Of a stretch of DNA of 64,000 bases, positions 1-8,572 are shown in pieces. The DNA is from Clostridia bacterium (GTDB taxonomy: Bacteria > Bacillota > Clostridia > Oscillospirales > CAG-272): contig JAFQKA010000001.1 in assembly GCA_017397175.1 (NCBI GenBank), positions 8,266 through 72,265 on the forward strand. The letters run 5' to 3'. The notes beneath the pieces were generated by a model. It was not told the DNA's origin and made no database searches. It saw nothing but the letters and a program-made list of their open reading frames with translations. How positions within the stretch are numbered: position 1 is the stretch's first letter; each line of letters begins with the position of its first letter. The position numbers and the translations under genes were made by a program.

Positions 1-294
1 AGTGTCATCAAGGGCGAATACGCCGCTTGGTATTCAAAAAATCTGAAGCTCGTGCGCTGCAAGATCTCCGGCACCCAGCCCTTTTGCTACGTGGAAAATC
101 TCGTTATGGAGGATTGCGAGACCGAGGGCTGCGATTTGTCCTTTGAGTACAGTACGGTCAACGCCACCATTCGCGGACGGGTCGACAGCGTGAAAAATCC
201 CCTTTCGGGAAGCATTATAGCTGACGAGATCGGTGAGATCATTATTGACGAAAACAGCCGTGAAGGCTCTGATTGCAAGATAATCGTCAGATAA
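1..294 (+). CDS. C-terminal fragment of a beta-helix-like repeat protein (possibly DUF3737 family); 5' end lies outside the window
   Basis: Frame 1 is open from base 1 to TAA at 292-294; the ORF track shows only the part after the Met at 52. The repetitive short-strand sequence (CETEGCDLSFEYSTVNATIRGRVDSVKNP) suggests the family, but this is from memory and weak. Confidence 0.4.
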   Translation, partial: SVIKGEYAAWYSKNLKLVRCKISGTQPFCYVENLVMEDCETEGCDLSFEYSTVNATIRGRVDSVKNPLSGSIIADEIGEIIIDENSREGSDCKIIVR

Positions 295-296
295 AT

Positions 297-325
297 AAAA
301 AGGTGCGCGTCAGCGCACCTTTTTA
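297..325. terminator. Bidirectional intrinsic terminator between convergent genes
   Basis: Stem AGGTGCGC (301-308) / GCGCACCT (313-320) with a GTCA loop, an A-run upstream and a T-run downstream. It lies between the stops at 294 (+) and 327 (-). Confidence 0.8.
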
Positions 326-326
326 T

Positions 327-1103
327 TTAGCAAAAATCCTTCCTCATTTGCTCAAGGGCGTATTTTTCAAGCCTGGACACCTGAGCCTGTGAGATCCCGA
401 TCTCCTCGGCGATCTCGGTCTGTGTCTTGTTGCCGAAAAAACGCAGCTTGATGATCCTTTGCTCTCGTTCACCCAATTTTGCCATAGCGTCCTGCAGAGC
501 AATGTTTTCAAGCCAGGTCTTGTCGCCGCCGTCCTCGTCACTTATCTGATCCATGACGTAAATGGAGTCTCCGTTTTCCGAATAGACGGGATCGTAGAGG
601 GAAATGGGTTCAACGATCGCCTCCATGGCGCGTATCACCGCTTCTCTCGGTTCGCCTAATTTCGCGGCGATCTGTTCTACTTTTGGCTCGGACTGATTTT
701 CCCGCATCAGCTCCTCGCGGACGGTCAGGGCGCGATAGGCAAGGTCGCGTACCGAGCGGCTGACACGAATGGCATTGTTGTCCCTCAGATATCGCCGTAT
801 CTCGCCGATTATCATGGGAACGGCATAGGTGCTGAACCGCACGCCCACCGAGGTGTCAAAATTGTCCACCGCCTTGGTAAGCCCTATGCAGCCCACCTGA
901 AAAAGGTCGTCCAGAACCTCGCCGCGCCCTGTAAAACGCTGGATCACGCTGAGGACAAGTCGAAGATTTCCGTATATGAGCGCGTCTCTTGCCCGTGCCG
1001 ATCCGAGCCGCGCCTGTTCAAGAAGAGTCAGGGTCTCCACGTGAGTCAGAGTTTTCAGCTTTGCGGTGTTCACACCGCAGATCTCAACTTTGTTATAGTA
1101 CAT
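327..1103 (-). CDS. sigG: Sporulation sigma factor SigG (forespore late sigma-70 family factor)
   Basis: 258 aa. The N-terminus MYYNKVEICGVNTAKLKTL and the blocks LRLVLSVIQRF, DLFQVGCIGLTKAVDNFD, STYAVPMIIGEIRRYLRD and GISQAQVSRLEK match my recollection of B. subtilis SigG better than SigF. Confidence 0.9.
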   Translation of the reverse strand: MYYNKVEICGVNTAKLKTLTHVETLTLLEQARLGSARARDALIYGNLRLVLSVIQRFTGRGEVLDDLFQVGCIGLTKAVDNFDTSVGVRFSTYAVPMIIGEIRRYLRDNNAIRVSRSVRDLAYRALTVREELMRENQSEPKVEQIAAKLGEPREAVIRAMEAIVEPISLYDPVYSENGDSIYVMDQISDEDGGDKTWLENIALQDAMAKLGEREQRIIKLRFFGNKTQTEIAEEIGISQAQVSRLEKYALEQMRKDFC

Positions 1104-1112
1104 AAAAATAAC

Positions 1113-1148
1113 ACTCCCGTTCGGTAAAAGTATTTACCGAACGGGAGT
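1113..1148 (-). promoter_or_regulatory. Perfect 16-bp stem-loop that sequesters the sigG Shine-Dalgarno; it also serves as terminator for the upstream deacetylase gene
   Basis: Positions 1113-1128 pair perfectly with 1133-1148, with a 4-nt loop. On the minus strand the 3' arm contains the only SD-like GGGAG (1118-1114), 10 nt before the sigG ATG at 1103. A T-run follows the stem. Confidence 0.7.
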
Positions 1149-1158
1149 TCTTTTATGC
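1130..1158 (-). promoter_or_regulatory. Candidate sigma-F/sigma-G-type forespore promoter for sigG
   Basis: The minus strand reads GCATA (1158-1154), 15 nt, GGTAAATAC (1138-1130). This is close to the B. subtilis sigma-F consensus GCATR-15-GGHRARHTX. The predicted start falls inside the 3' arm of the hairpin. Confidence 0.45.
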
Positions 1159-1196
1159 GAATTCAGCTGTCTTTGGAAAAACCAAATTATTCCGCT

Positions 1197-1991
1197 TTAA
1201 AAAAGCTTTGTGTGCTCTCCACCCTTGCATTCCACGAGCTTACCGTCGACCTCGACCCAAACGGAGGTGGCGGAGGGGTTGTAGAGCATGGTGCAGTCGG
1301 CGGACATTTCGCAGCTTCGCAGAGCGGTCACATAATCGTAAATTTCAATATTCGTTGCGTACCAGGTGTCTTCCATACCCTCGGCCGCCGCGCAGAATTC
1401 CTCAATCAGCTCCCAGTTGTTGTCGTTGTTGAACTCATAAGAGTGTCCCCAGACATAGAACAGGTTCAAGGGAAATTTGCTGTTCTTGAAGCGCTCGAGC
1501 TTTTCCATGATTCCTCCCTTGTGGTGGCAAGTGGGATGCCAGAGCATGAAATCATCGGGAAGACCGAAGCCGTTGTGGGACGCTGTTGTGCGGGAGTATT
1601 TCATTCCCATCGAACGGAGGATCTCAACAGAACGGCTGTCGTGAGTGCCGAAGGGATAGGACATTCCGCGCACGACGTAGCCGCAAAGGCTCTCCAAGGT
1701 TTCCTTGTCGGAGATTATTTGGCGTACTACCTCCATATTGGGAACACGCTCAAGGAAGGGGTGTGTATAGGTGTGGCAGGATACCTCGTGACCTATGTAA
1801 AGGGTCGCCACTTCGCAGGGATCTATTTTTCCGCTGTTTTCAAAGGGTCCCGAATTTAAGTGGAAGGTTCCCTTGATGCCGTGAGCGTTGAAGATCTCAA
1901 CCAATCTGCGGTCGTGGATCGTGCCGTCATCGTAGCTCATTGTAAGAGCTTTCATTTTGCCCTGAGGATATCGGTATCCTATTTTTTTCAT
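1197..1991 (-). CDS. Polysaccharide deacetylase (NodB-homology) family protein
   Basis: 264 aa. It carries the NodB-type motifs MSYDDG (Asp pair) and HEVSCHTYTHP (His pair). Confidence 0.8.
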   Translation of the reverse strand: MKKIGYRYPQGKMKALTMSYDDGTIHDRRLVEIFNAHGIKGTFHLNSGPFENSGKIDPCEVATLYIGHEVSCHTYTHPFLERVPNMEVVRQIISDKETLESLCGYVVRGMSYPFGTHDSRSVEILRSMGMKYSRTTASHNGFGLPDDFMLWHPTCHHKGGIMEKLERFKNSKFPLNLFYVWGHSYEFNNDNNWELIEEFCAAAEGMEDTWYATNIEIYDYVTALRSCEMSADCTMLYNPSATSVWVEVDGKLVECKGGEHTKLF

Positions 1992-2007
1992 GTGCTTGTT
2001 CTCCTTT

Positions 2008-2949
2008 TTAAAGCTTAATTTCTCTCATTTCAACGAATCTCGCAAGCTGCGCTTCGTTGGGGATAGACGTGCTGGCGCCGCTCTTGCCCACTATCATAGC
2101 GCCAACGGCGTTGGCATAGCGGCAGGCGTGCATGATGTTGCCGGTGCGGACGTATTCCAAGGCGAGTGCGGCGGTAAATCCGTCGCCGGCGGCGGTGGTG
2201 TCCACCACCTTTGTCATATATGCGTCGGCTATTTTGTAGTACGTTTTGTCGTAGACCAAAGCACCGCGATCGCCCAATTTGATCACGTAATACTTTGCCT
2301 TGACCATTTTTTCAAGTCGTATTGCCGCCTTTAACGCCAGGTCTGCGGTGGCGGGGTAGATCCCCGTGTATGCCTCGGTCTCCTGTTCGTTGGGGGAAAA
2401 GACCTCAAGCTCGGGAAGCTGATCAAAGGGAAAATCAGGCTTTGCGGGGCCTGCGTCGATAAAGATGGGCGCACCCTGCTTTGCGGCGTATTTTGCCGCG
2501 GACAGAATTGCCTCGTTTGGTATCTCGAAATGAAGAAGCACCGCGTCGGGGTAGCAGAGAAGTGCCTCCTCGGCGTCGTCCGCTGTCAGGCAGTCGTTTG
2601 CACCTGGGAAGACGGTTATGCGGTTGTCTCCGTTTTCCTCCACGGAGATCGCCGCCAGTCCCGTTGGCGCGTCGGGGGTGGAGTGCATATAGGTGACGTT
2701 GATGCTTTCGTTTTGATACAGCTGACGGAGAACCGAGCCGCTGTGGTCACGTCCCAGCTTGGCACAGAAAACGCAGTCGCCTCCGAGTCTTTGCACGGCA
2801 ATGGCGGAATTTCCTCCCTTGCCCCCCGGAATAAAGCTGTAATTTCCCGTTTCCTCAAGCAAGGTCTCGCCCGCTTCGGGCAAACAAGATACGTTCATAA
2901 CGAAATCCATATTTGCAGAGCTTACGACCAGTATTCTTTTCTTCATCAA
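2008..2949 (-). CDS. rbsK: PfkB-family sugar kinase, ribokinase-like
   Basis: 313 aa. The PfkB signatures GGKGGNSA (N-terminal) and DTTAAGDGF (C-terminal catalytic region) are present, and the overall layout resembles ribokinase. Confidence 0.7.
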   Translation of the reverse strand: MMKKRILVVSSANMDFVMNVSCLPEAGETLLEETGNYSFIPGGKGGNSAIAVQRLGGDCVFCAKLGRDHSGSVLRQLYQNESINVTYMHSTPDAPTGLAAISVEENGDNRITVFPGANDCLTADDAEEALLCYPDAVLLHFEIPNEAILSAAKYAAKQGAPIFIDAGPAKPDFPFDQLPELEVFSPNEQETEAYTGIYPATADLALKAAIRLEKMVKAKYYVIKLGDRGALVYDKTYYKIADAYMTKVVDTTAAGDGFTAALALEYVRTGNIMHACRYANAVGAMIVGKSGASTSIPNEAQLARFVEMREIKL

Positions 2950-2978
2950 GTCACCTCTTTTCGTTTATTTAAGTCGAT

Positions 2979-3548
2979 TTATCGGAACTCATCGGCAAGG
3001 ACCGCGCATTTGCCGATGTCGCGGTATTGGCCTTTTATAAGCATTGATCCGCGGGCCACGCCCTCAAACCTCATTCCCATCTTTTCCATGACCCGTCGGC
3101 TGGCGTCGTTGCCCACAATATAGTGAGCCTCGATTCGGTTTAAAAGCAGATTCTCAAAGCCGAATCTCATAATTGCGTGCAGGGCCTCGGGAATGATCTG
3201 GTGACCGCGGTAATCGGGATTCAGAACGTAGCCCACTTCGGCAGAGTCGTTCTCGAAGTCAAAACGGGTAAAGCCGCAAGTACCGATCATCTTGCCGTTT
3301 TCCCGCAGAGTTATGGCCCAGTCGAAAAAGTCCCCTGTGGCATATTTGCCCTCAAGATATTCGAGATAATCCCTCGTGTAGTGAACGCTTGTGTGAGGAT
3401 ACCAGGTCAGATATTTTGTTACGTCCGCGCGGCAGGCGTATTCGAACATATCCTGCGCGTCAGACGGCTCCATGCGGCGAAGAACAAGGCGTGGCGTGTT
3501 CAATTTCGGCATGCGGGAAAATATTCTGTTAATTGCATTTTTGTTCAT
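2979..3548 (-). CDS. GNAT family N-acetyltransferase (RimJ/RimL-like)
   Basis: I moved the start to ATG 3548 (MNKNAINRIF...). The extra 73 codons of the track ORF run through the AT-rich divergent promoter region. The acetyltransferase core is recognisable (LVLRRMEPSDA..., NPDYRGHQIIPEAL). Confidence 0.75.
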   Translation of the reverse strand: MNKNAINRIFSRMPKLNTPRLVLRRMEPSDAQDMFEYACRADVTKYLTWYPHTSVHYTRDYLEYLEGKYATGDFFDWAITLRENGKMIGTCGFTRFDFENDSAEVGYVLNPDYRGHQIIPEALHAIMRFGFENLLLNRIEAHYIVGNDASRRVMEKMGMRFEGVARGSMLIKGQYRDIGKCAVLADEFR

Positions 3549-3711
3549 AGCAGACCTCGGGGGCGTTTCTTTTATTATATTATAGACTTTATTTTGAATA
3601 TTTTCAATAGAATAACGCAAAATTTTGCAAAAATACTGTACAGAGCGATTTTTTTGTGATATAATAAAATGAATATTTATGCCCGTAAATGGAAAAGAAA
3701 AGGGGATCATT

Positions 3712-5559
3712 ATGTGCGGTTTTGTTGGATTTTCCGGCAAGATAGATAGAAAAAAAGAGATAATCAATAAAATGATGGACAGAATAGTTCACCGCGGACC
3801 CGACATGGCGGGTGATTTTCTGTCCGATGAGATAGCTCTGGGCTTCAGACGTCTGAGCATTATCGACCTGTCCGACAGCGGAACTCAGCCTATGACAAAC
3901 GAGGACGGATCTGTTGTTATTACGTTCAACGGCGAGATCTACAACTTCGGTGAGCTGAGAGAAAAGCTGCTTGCCGCAGGTCACGTTTTCAAGAGCGGAA
4001 GCGATACCGAGGTGTTGCTCCACGGCTATGAGGAGTACGGCGAGGGTATAGTTGACATGATACGCGGAATGTTCGCTTTTGTCATCTGGGACAGCAAGAC
4101 CAAAAAGCTTTTCGGCGCCCGCGACCACTTTGGAATCAAGCCATTTTACTACACATTTACCAAGTCGGGCGACATTATCTTCGGCTCGGAGATAAAGAGC
4201 TTTTTGGAACACCCCGACTTTGTGAAAAAGGTCAACAAAAAGGCGCTTCGCCCTTATCTTACCTTCCAGTATTCTTCCATGGAGGAAACATTTTTTGAGG
4301 GTGTTTTCAAGCTCCCCGCTGCCCACTGCTTTACATGGGCACCCGGTGAGAAAATGAATATCCGCCGTTATTGGGACGTTGATTTTTCCGACAGCGACCG
4401 CGATTTTGAGACCCTGAAAAAAGAACTTGACGAGACCGTAAAAGAATCCGTGGCGGCGCACAGAATAAGCGACGTGCGTGTTGGCTCCTTCCTTTCGGGC
4501 GGCGTTGATTCCAGCTATATCACAGCGGCTCTCATGCCCGACGAGACTTTTTCCGTGGGATTTTTCGACTATGAAAAATTCAACGAGACAAACGAGGCAA
4601 AGGAGCTTTCCGACAAGCTGGGGATCAAAAATTTTCGTCGGAACATAACGGCGCAGGATTGCTTTGACAATTTTGCGGACATTCAGTACCACATGGACGA
4701 GCCTCAGTCGAACCCTTCCTCCGTTCCTCTTTATTTTCTTGCCAAATTGGCGCGTGAGCAGGTGACGGTAGTCCTTTCGGGCGAGGGTGCGGACGAGATC
4801 TACGCAGGATATGAGTGGTACGACGAGACCCCCATGATGAGAAAATACAAGAAGCTCCCTGCCTTCCTTCGCCGTTTTGCGGCGGCGGTGGCACGGCGTC
4901 TGCCCTATTTCAAGGGACACGACTTCATTATCAGGTCAAGCGGCCGTCCCGAGGATTATTTCATCGGACAGGCACTTGTATTCCCCGAAAAGGAGGCACT
5001 TTCGGTGCTTTCGAAGGAGTGTCGGAACGCACCCTCAGTAAAGGAGATTACCTCTCCTGTCTATGAGCGTGTAAAAGGGAAGACCGAGCTGCAGAAAAAG
5101 CAGTATCTCGACCTTAACCTCTGGCTTCCCGGCGACATTCTGCTAAAGGCAGATAAAATGAGCATGGCAAGCTCTCTCGAGCTGAGAGTGCCTTTCCTCG
5201 ACCGGGAGGTGATGGCGCAGGCTCAGTCGATACCCGACAAATTCAAGATCGCAAAGGGCACCACGAAATACATTTTGCGCGAGGCATCAAACGAGATCCT
5301 GCCCGACGAGTGGGCAAACAGACCCAAAAAGGGATTCCCTGTGCCGATCCGCTATTGGCTCATGCAGGACGAGTATTACAGACAAGTAAAAGAGTATTTT
5401 GAGGCGGATTTTGCCGCAGAATTCTTTGACCGCAGTGCAATTATCAAATTGCTTGACGAGCACAAGTCGGGCAAGAAGATGAACCAGAGAAAGATCTGGA
5501 CGGTGTTTACCTTCCTTGTCTGGTACAAGAGATTTTTTATTGATGAGAGCGCAAATTAA
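3712..5559 (+). CDS. asnB: Asparagine synthase (glutamine-hydrolysing), AsnB/AsnH-like amidotransferase
   Basis: ATG 3712 gives the obligatory N-terminal Cys2 (MCGFVGF) of class II amidotransferases, and a purine-rich SD lies upstream. The PP-loop FLSGGVDSS is present. 615 aa. Confidence 0.9.
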   Translation: MCGFVGFSGKIDRKKEIINKMMDRIVHRGPDMAGDFLSDEIALGFRRLSIIDLSDSGTQPMTNEDGSVVITFNGEIYNFGELREKLLAAGHVFKSGSDTEVLLHGYEEYGEGIVDMIRGMFAFVIWDSKTKKLFGARDHFGIKPFYYTFTKSGDIIFGSEIKSFLEHPDFVKKVNKKALRPYLTFQYSSMEETFFEGVFKLPAAHCFTWAPGEKMNIRRYWDVDFSDSDRDFETLKKELDETVKESVAAHRISDVRVGSFLSGGVDSSYITAALMPDETFSVGFFDYEKFNETNEAKELSDKLGIKNFRRNITAQDCFDNFADIQYHMDEPQSNPSSVPLYFLAKLAREQVTVVLSGEGADEIYAGYEWYDETPMMRKYKKLPAFLRRFAAAVARRLPYFKGHDFIIRSSGRPEDYFIGQALVFPEKEALSVLSKECRNAPSVKEITSPVYERVKGKTELQKKQYLDLNLWLPGDILLKADKMSMASSLELRVPFLDREVMAQAQSIPDKFKIAKGTTKYILREASNEILPDEWANRPKKGFPVPIRYWLMQDEYYRQVKEYFEADFAAEFFDRSAIIKLLDEHKSGKKMNQRKIWTVFTFLVWYKRFFIDESAN

Positions 5560-5569
5560 GGAGATTATC

Positions 5570-6799
5570 ATGAAAAATACAGACGTAAATATGATCCCCG
5601 TGTTGCTTGGCGGAGACCTTAACAGCTACAACGTGGCACGCGCTTTCCATGAAAAATACGGCGTTATCTCCCACGTTTTCGGACGCTATCCCATAGGTCC
5701 TACAAAAAACTCCAAGATAGTCAATTTCCACGTTGTGAAAAAGATGGACGATCCCGACATTATGGTCACGGAGCTATCTGATTTCGCGGACAAACATCCC
5801 GACGCGCACCTTATTCTGCTTGGTTGTACGGACGATTACGCAACCCTTATCATAAATAATCGCCACCGTCTCGAGTCCCGCTATATCTGTCCTTACATTG
5901 ATCCCGAATTGTCCGAACGTCTGGTCAGCAAGGCAGTGTTTTACGAGATGTGCGACAAATACGGTATTCCTTATCCCAAGACAGTGGTGCTGGACGGGGG
6001 TTTTGCGCCCGAGGATCTGTCTGAGGATGCTCTCGGCTTCAAATATCCCGTTATTGTCAAGCCATCCAGCAGTATTCAGTATTGGAAGCATCCCTTTGAG
6101 GGAATGAAAAAGGTGTATACTGCCGCAGACCCCGACGAAGCGGTAAAGATCATGACGGAGATCTACGGCGCCGGTTATCCCGACAAGATGATCATTCAAG
6201 ATATGATCCCCGGGGACGACGCGAACATGTACGTTCTTACGGCATATTCGGACAGCACGAAAAAGGTGAAGATGACCTGTCTCGGCCACGTTCTGCTGGA
6301 GGAGCACACTCCCCGCGGACTTGGCAACCACGCGGCAATCATCACAGAGCAGAATGGAGATCTGACCGAGCGTTTCCGCGCTATGCTTGACGATCTTTCA
6401 TATGTGGGATTCTCTAACTTTGACATTAAATTCGACCCCCGCGACGGAAGTCTGCGCGCATTCGAGATAAATTTACGCCAGGGACGCAGTAACTATTACG
6501 TAACGGCGGCGGGTATCAATATAGCGGAGCTTCTGGTGGAGGACAGGATCTTCCACCGTGACAGCGAGTACCGTCCGTGTGAAAATTCACACCTGTGGCA
6601 CTGCATTCCCTTTGCGGTGGTGAAAAAATACGTTCATAACCCAAAGGCACTGGCGGATGCCAAGCGATTGAAAAAGGCGGGAAAATCCACCTCGTCTCTG
6701 TGGTATGCGCCCGATCTGCGCTTTAATCCCAAGCGCCTTGTCTGGGTGCTTGAGCACCTGCGCCGACAGCATGGCAAGTACAAAAAATACTGCAAATAA
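5570..6799 (+). CDS. ATP-grasp carboxylate-amine ligase (COG3919-like); candidate D-aspartate ligase
   Basis: Start ATG 5570 follows SD AAGGAG (5558-5563). 409 aa with an ATP-grasp-like layout (IPVLLGGDLNSYNVARAF..., YPVIVKPSSS...). It begins 10 nt after the asnB stop and ends 12 nt before the racemase start. Confidence 0.65.
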   Translation: MKNTDVNMIPVLLGGDLNSYNVARAFHEKYGVISHVFGRYPIGPTKNSKIVNFHVVKKMDDPDIMVTELSDFADKHPDAHLILLGCTDDYATLIINNRHRLESRYICPYIDPELSERLVSKAVFYEMCDKYGIPYPKTVVLDGGFAPEDLSEDALGFKYPVIVKPSSSIQYWKHPFEGMKKVYTAADPDEAVKIMTEIYGAGYPDKMIIQDMIPGDDANMYVLTAYSDSTKKVKMTCLGHVLLEEHTPRGLGNHAAIITEQNGDLTERFRAMLDDLSYVGFSNFDIKFDPRDGSLRAFEINLRQGRSNYYVTAAGINIAELLVEDRIFHRDSEYRPCENSHLWHCIPFAVVKKYVHNPKALADAKRLKKAGKSTSSLWYAPDLRFNPKRLVWVLEHLRRQHGKYKKYCK

Positions 6800-6811
6800 G
6801 GAGTGCTGAAA

Positions 6812-7561
6812 TTGGAAAAAAACAGAAAGCTTCTGGGTATTCTCGGCGGTCTTGGCCCTATGGCGACGGTATATTTCTACGAAATGCTCACGTCGCACAC
6901 AAAGGCGGACTGCGATCAGGAGCATATTGATATTCTGATAAGCTCCCGCGCCTCAACTCCCGACAGAACGGCGTTTATCGTGGGGGCTTCGGGGGAAAGT
7001 CCCATCGGCGCTATGATAGAAGAGGGTAAGCGGCTGCAAAATTGCGGCGTCGATCTTATCTCCATACCCTGCAATACCGCTCACTATTTTTACGACGAGT
7101 TGACTGCGGCGCTTGACATTCCTGTGGTGAACATTCTCCTGGAAACGGCGGCTCACGCCAAGCGCACGGGAGCTGAAACGGTCGGGATCCTTGCCACCGA
7201 GGGCACGGTGAGATCGGGAGCTTACGCTCACGTTTGCCAACAGGTCGGGATCAACTGCATAGTGCCCGACGAGGAGCATCAGTCAATTCTTTCCGACATG
7301 ATCTACGGTCAGATAAAGCAGGGAAAGCCTGCGGACATGAGGAAATTTGAACGCGTGTGCGACCACATGATCTCACGGGGCGCAGACAAGCTGGTGCTTG
7401 GCTGTACCGAGCTGTCACTGATCAAGCGCGACAATGATCTGGGTGATCTTTTCATTGATTCTCTTGAGGTGCTGGCGTGCAGGACTATCGCACTTTGCGG
7501 CAAGGAGCCTGTTGGATTTGATGCGGGTTTGACGGCGGACGAAGACATACTGAAGGCATGA
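6812..7561 (+). CDS. racD: Aspartate racemase (Asp/Glu racemase family)
   Basis: GILGGLGPMAT and both catalytic-Cys motifs (IPCNTAHYF, LGCTELSL) are present. I prefer TTG 6812, which lies 8 nt after SD AAGGAG (6798-6803); the track's GTG 6803 overlaps the SD. Confidence 0.85.
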   Translation: MEKNRKLLGILGGLGPMATVYFYEMLTSHTKADCDQEHIDILISSRASTPDRTAFIVGASGESPIGAMIEEGKRLQNCGVDLISIPCNTAHYFYDELTAALDIPVVNILLETAAHAKRTGAETVGILATEGTVRSGAYAHVCQQVGINCIVPDEEHQSILSDMIYGQIKQGKPADMRKFERVCDHMISRGADKLVLGCTELSLIKRDNDLGDLFIDSLEVLACRTIALCGKEPVGFDAGLTADEDILKA

Positions 7562-8517
7562 AAATTACCCAGCGAGACACAAATCCCTTCAAATTTTCCG
7601 ACACCAACAAGCGCTATCACACATACGATTATTTCATGAAGCGGCGATACGGCGGCAAATGCGCCAAAATTCCCTTGGACGGCGGATTCACCTGCCCGAA
7701 TGTTGACGGAAGATGTGGTGTAGGCGGCTGTATTTACTGCTCGGGACGGGGAAGCGGTGATTTTGCACAGCCTGCCGAAATGCCGATCTCAGAGCAGTTC
7801 AGGATCACGGCTGAAAGCCTTTCGTCGAAATGGAAAACGGACAAATACATCGCCTATTTTCAGGCTCACACAAATACCTATGCGCCCGTTTCGGTATTGC
7901 GCGAAAAGTTTGAGGAGGCTCTCAAAATAAAGGGCGTGGTAGGTCTTAACGTAGCAACCCGCGCCGACTGCCTGCCACCTGACGTGGTCGAATATCTGGC
8001 GGAGCTTTCCAGCAGGACGGATCTCACGGTTGAGCTTGGATTGCAGACGGTAAACGACGATGTGGCGCGTTATATAAACCGCGGTCACACCTTTGAGGAA
8101 TTTTGCGAAGGCTATGCCCGACTGAGGTCGGCAAGTGATAAGATCATGACCTGCGTCCACCTTATTTTCGGTCTTCCCGGGGAAACACCCGAGCATATGC
8201 TTGAAAGCGTGAGACAGGTCGCAAAATTGAAGCCGAACCAGGTGAAGATCCACCTGCTCCACGTAATAGAGGGCACAAAATTGGCGCAGATATACAGGGC
8301 AGGTGAGTACACCCCCATGGACCGTGAGCTTTATATTGAGACGGTCTGCCGGGCTCTGCGCTTACTGCCTGCCGAGACCGTCATCGGACGGTTGACGGGT
8401 GACGGTGCGCCGGACACCTTGCTTGCACCTGACTGGAGCCGGAAGAAGGTAGCGGTTATCAATGACATTGACAAAATGATGTTCGAGCGCAATTGGTTTC
8501 AGGGGGATCAAATATAA
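7558..8517 (+). CDS. TIGR01212-type (YhcC-like) radical SAM protein
   Basis: 319 aa. The N-terminal Cys cluster FTCPNVDGRCGVGGCIYCS and the surrounding pattern are typical of this family. Its ATG overlaps the racemase stop (ATGA at 7558-7561). Confidence 0.8.
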   Translation: MKITQRDTNPFKFSDTNKRYHTYDYFMKRRYGGKCAKIPLDGGFTCPNVDGRCGVGGCIYCSGRGSGDFAQPAEMPISEQFRITAESLSSKWKTDKYIAYFQAHTNTYAPVSVLREKFEEALKIKGVVGLNVATRADCLPPDVVEYLAELSSRTDLTVELGLQTVNDDVARYINRGHTFEEFCEGYARLRSASDKIMTCVHLIFGLPGETPEHMLESVRQVAKLKPNQVKIHLLHVIEGTKLAQIYRAGEYTPMDRELYIETVCRALRLLPAETVIGRLTGDGAPDTLLAPDWSRKKVAVINDIDKMMFERNWFQGDQI

Positions 8518-8523
8518 AAAATC

Positions 8524-8560
8524 AAAAGCACTTATGGCGAGTAGCCATAAGTGCTTTTTT
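8524..8560. terminator. Bidirectional intrinsic terminator
   Basis: AAAAGCACTTATGGC (8524-8538) pairs with GCCATAAGTGCTTTT (8544-8558), followed by a T-run. It lies between convergent genes ending at 8517 and 8573. Confidence 0.85.
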
Positions 8561-8572
8561 AACGATAATTTT

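Noticed and set aside
3604-4920. A 438-aa ORF on the minus strand.
   Set aside because: It is entirely antisense to the well-supported asnB gene, has a low-complexity and atypical composition, and shows no recognisable motifs. It is a typical shadow ORF in GC-biased coding DNA.
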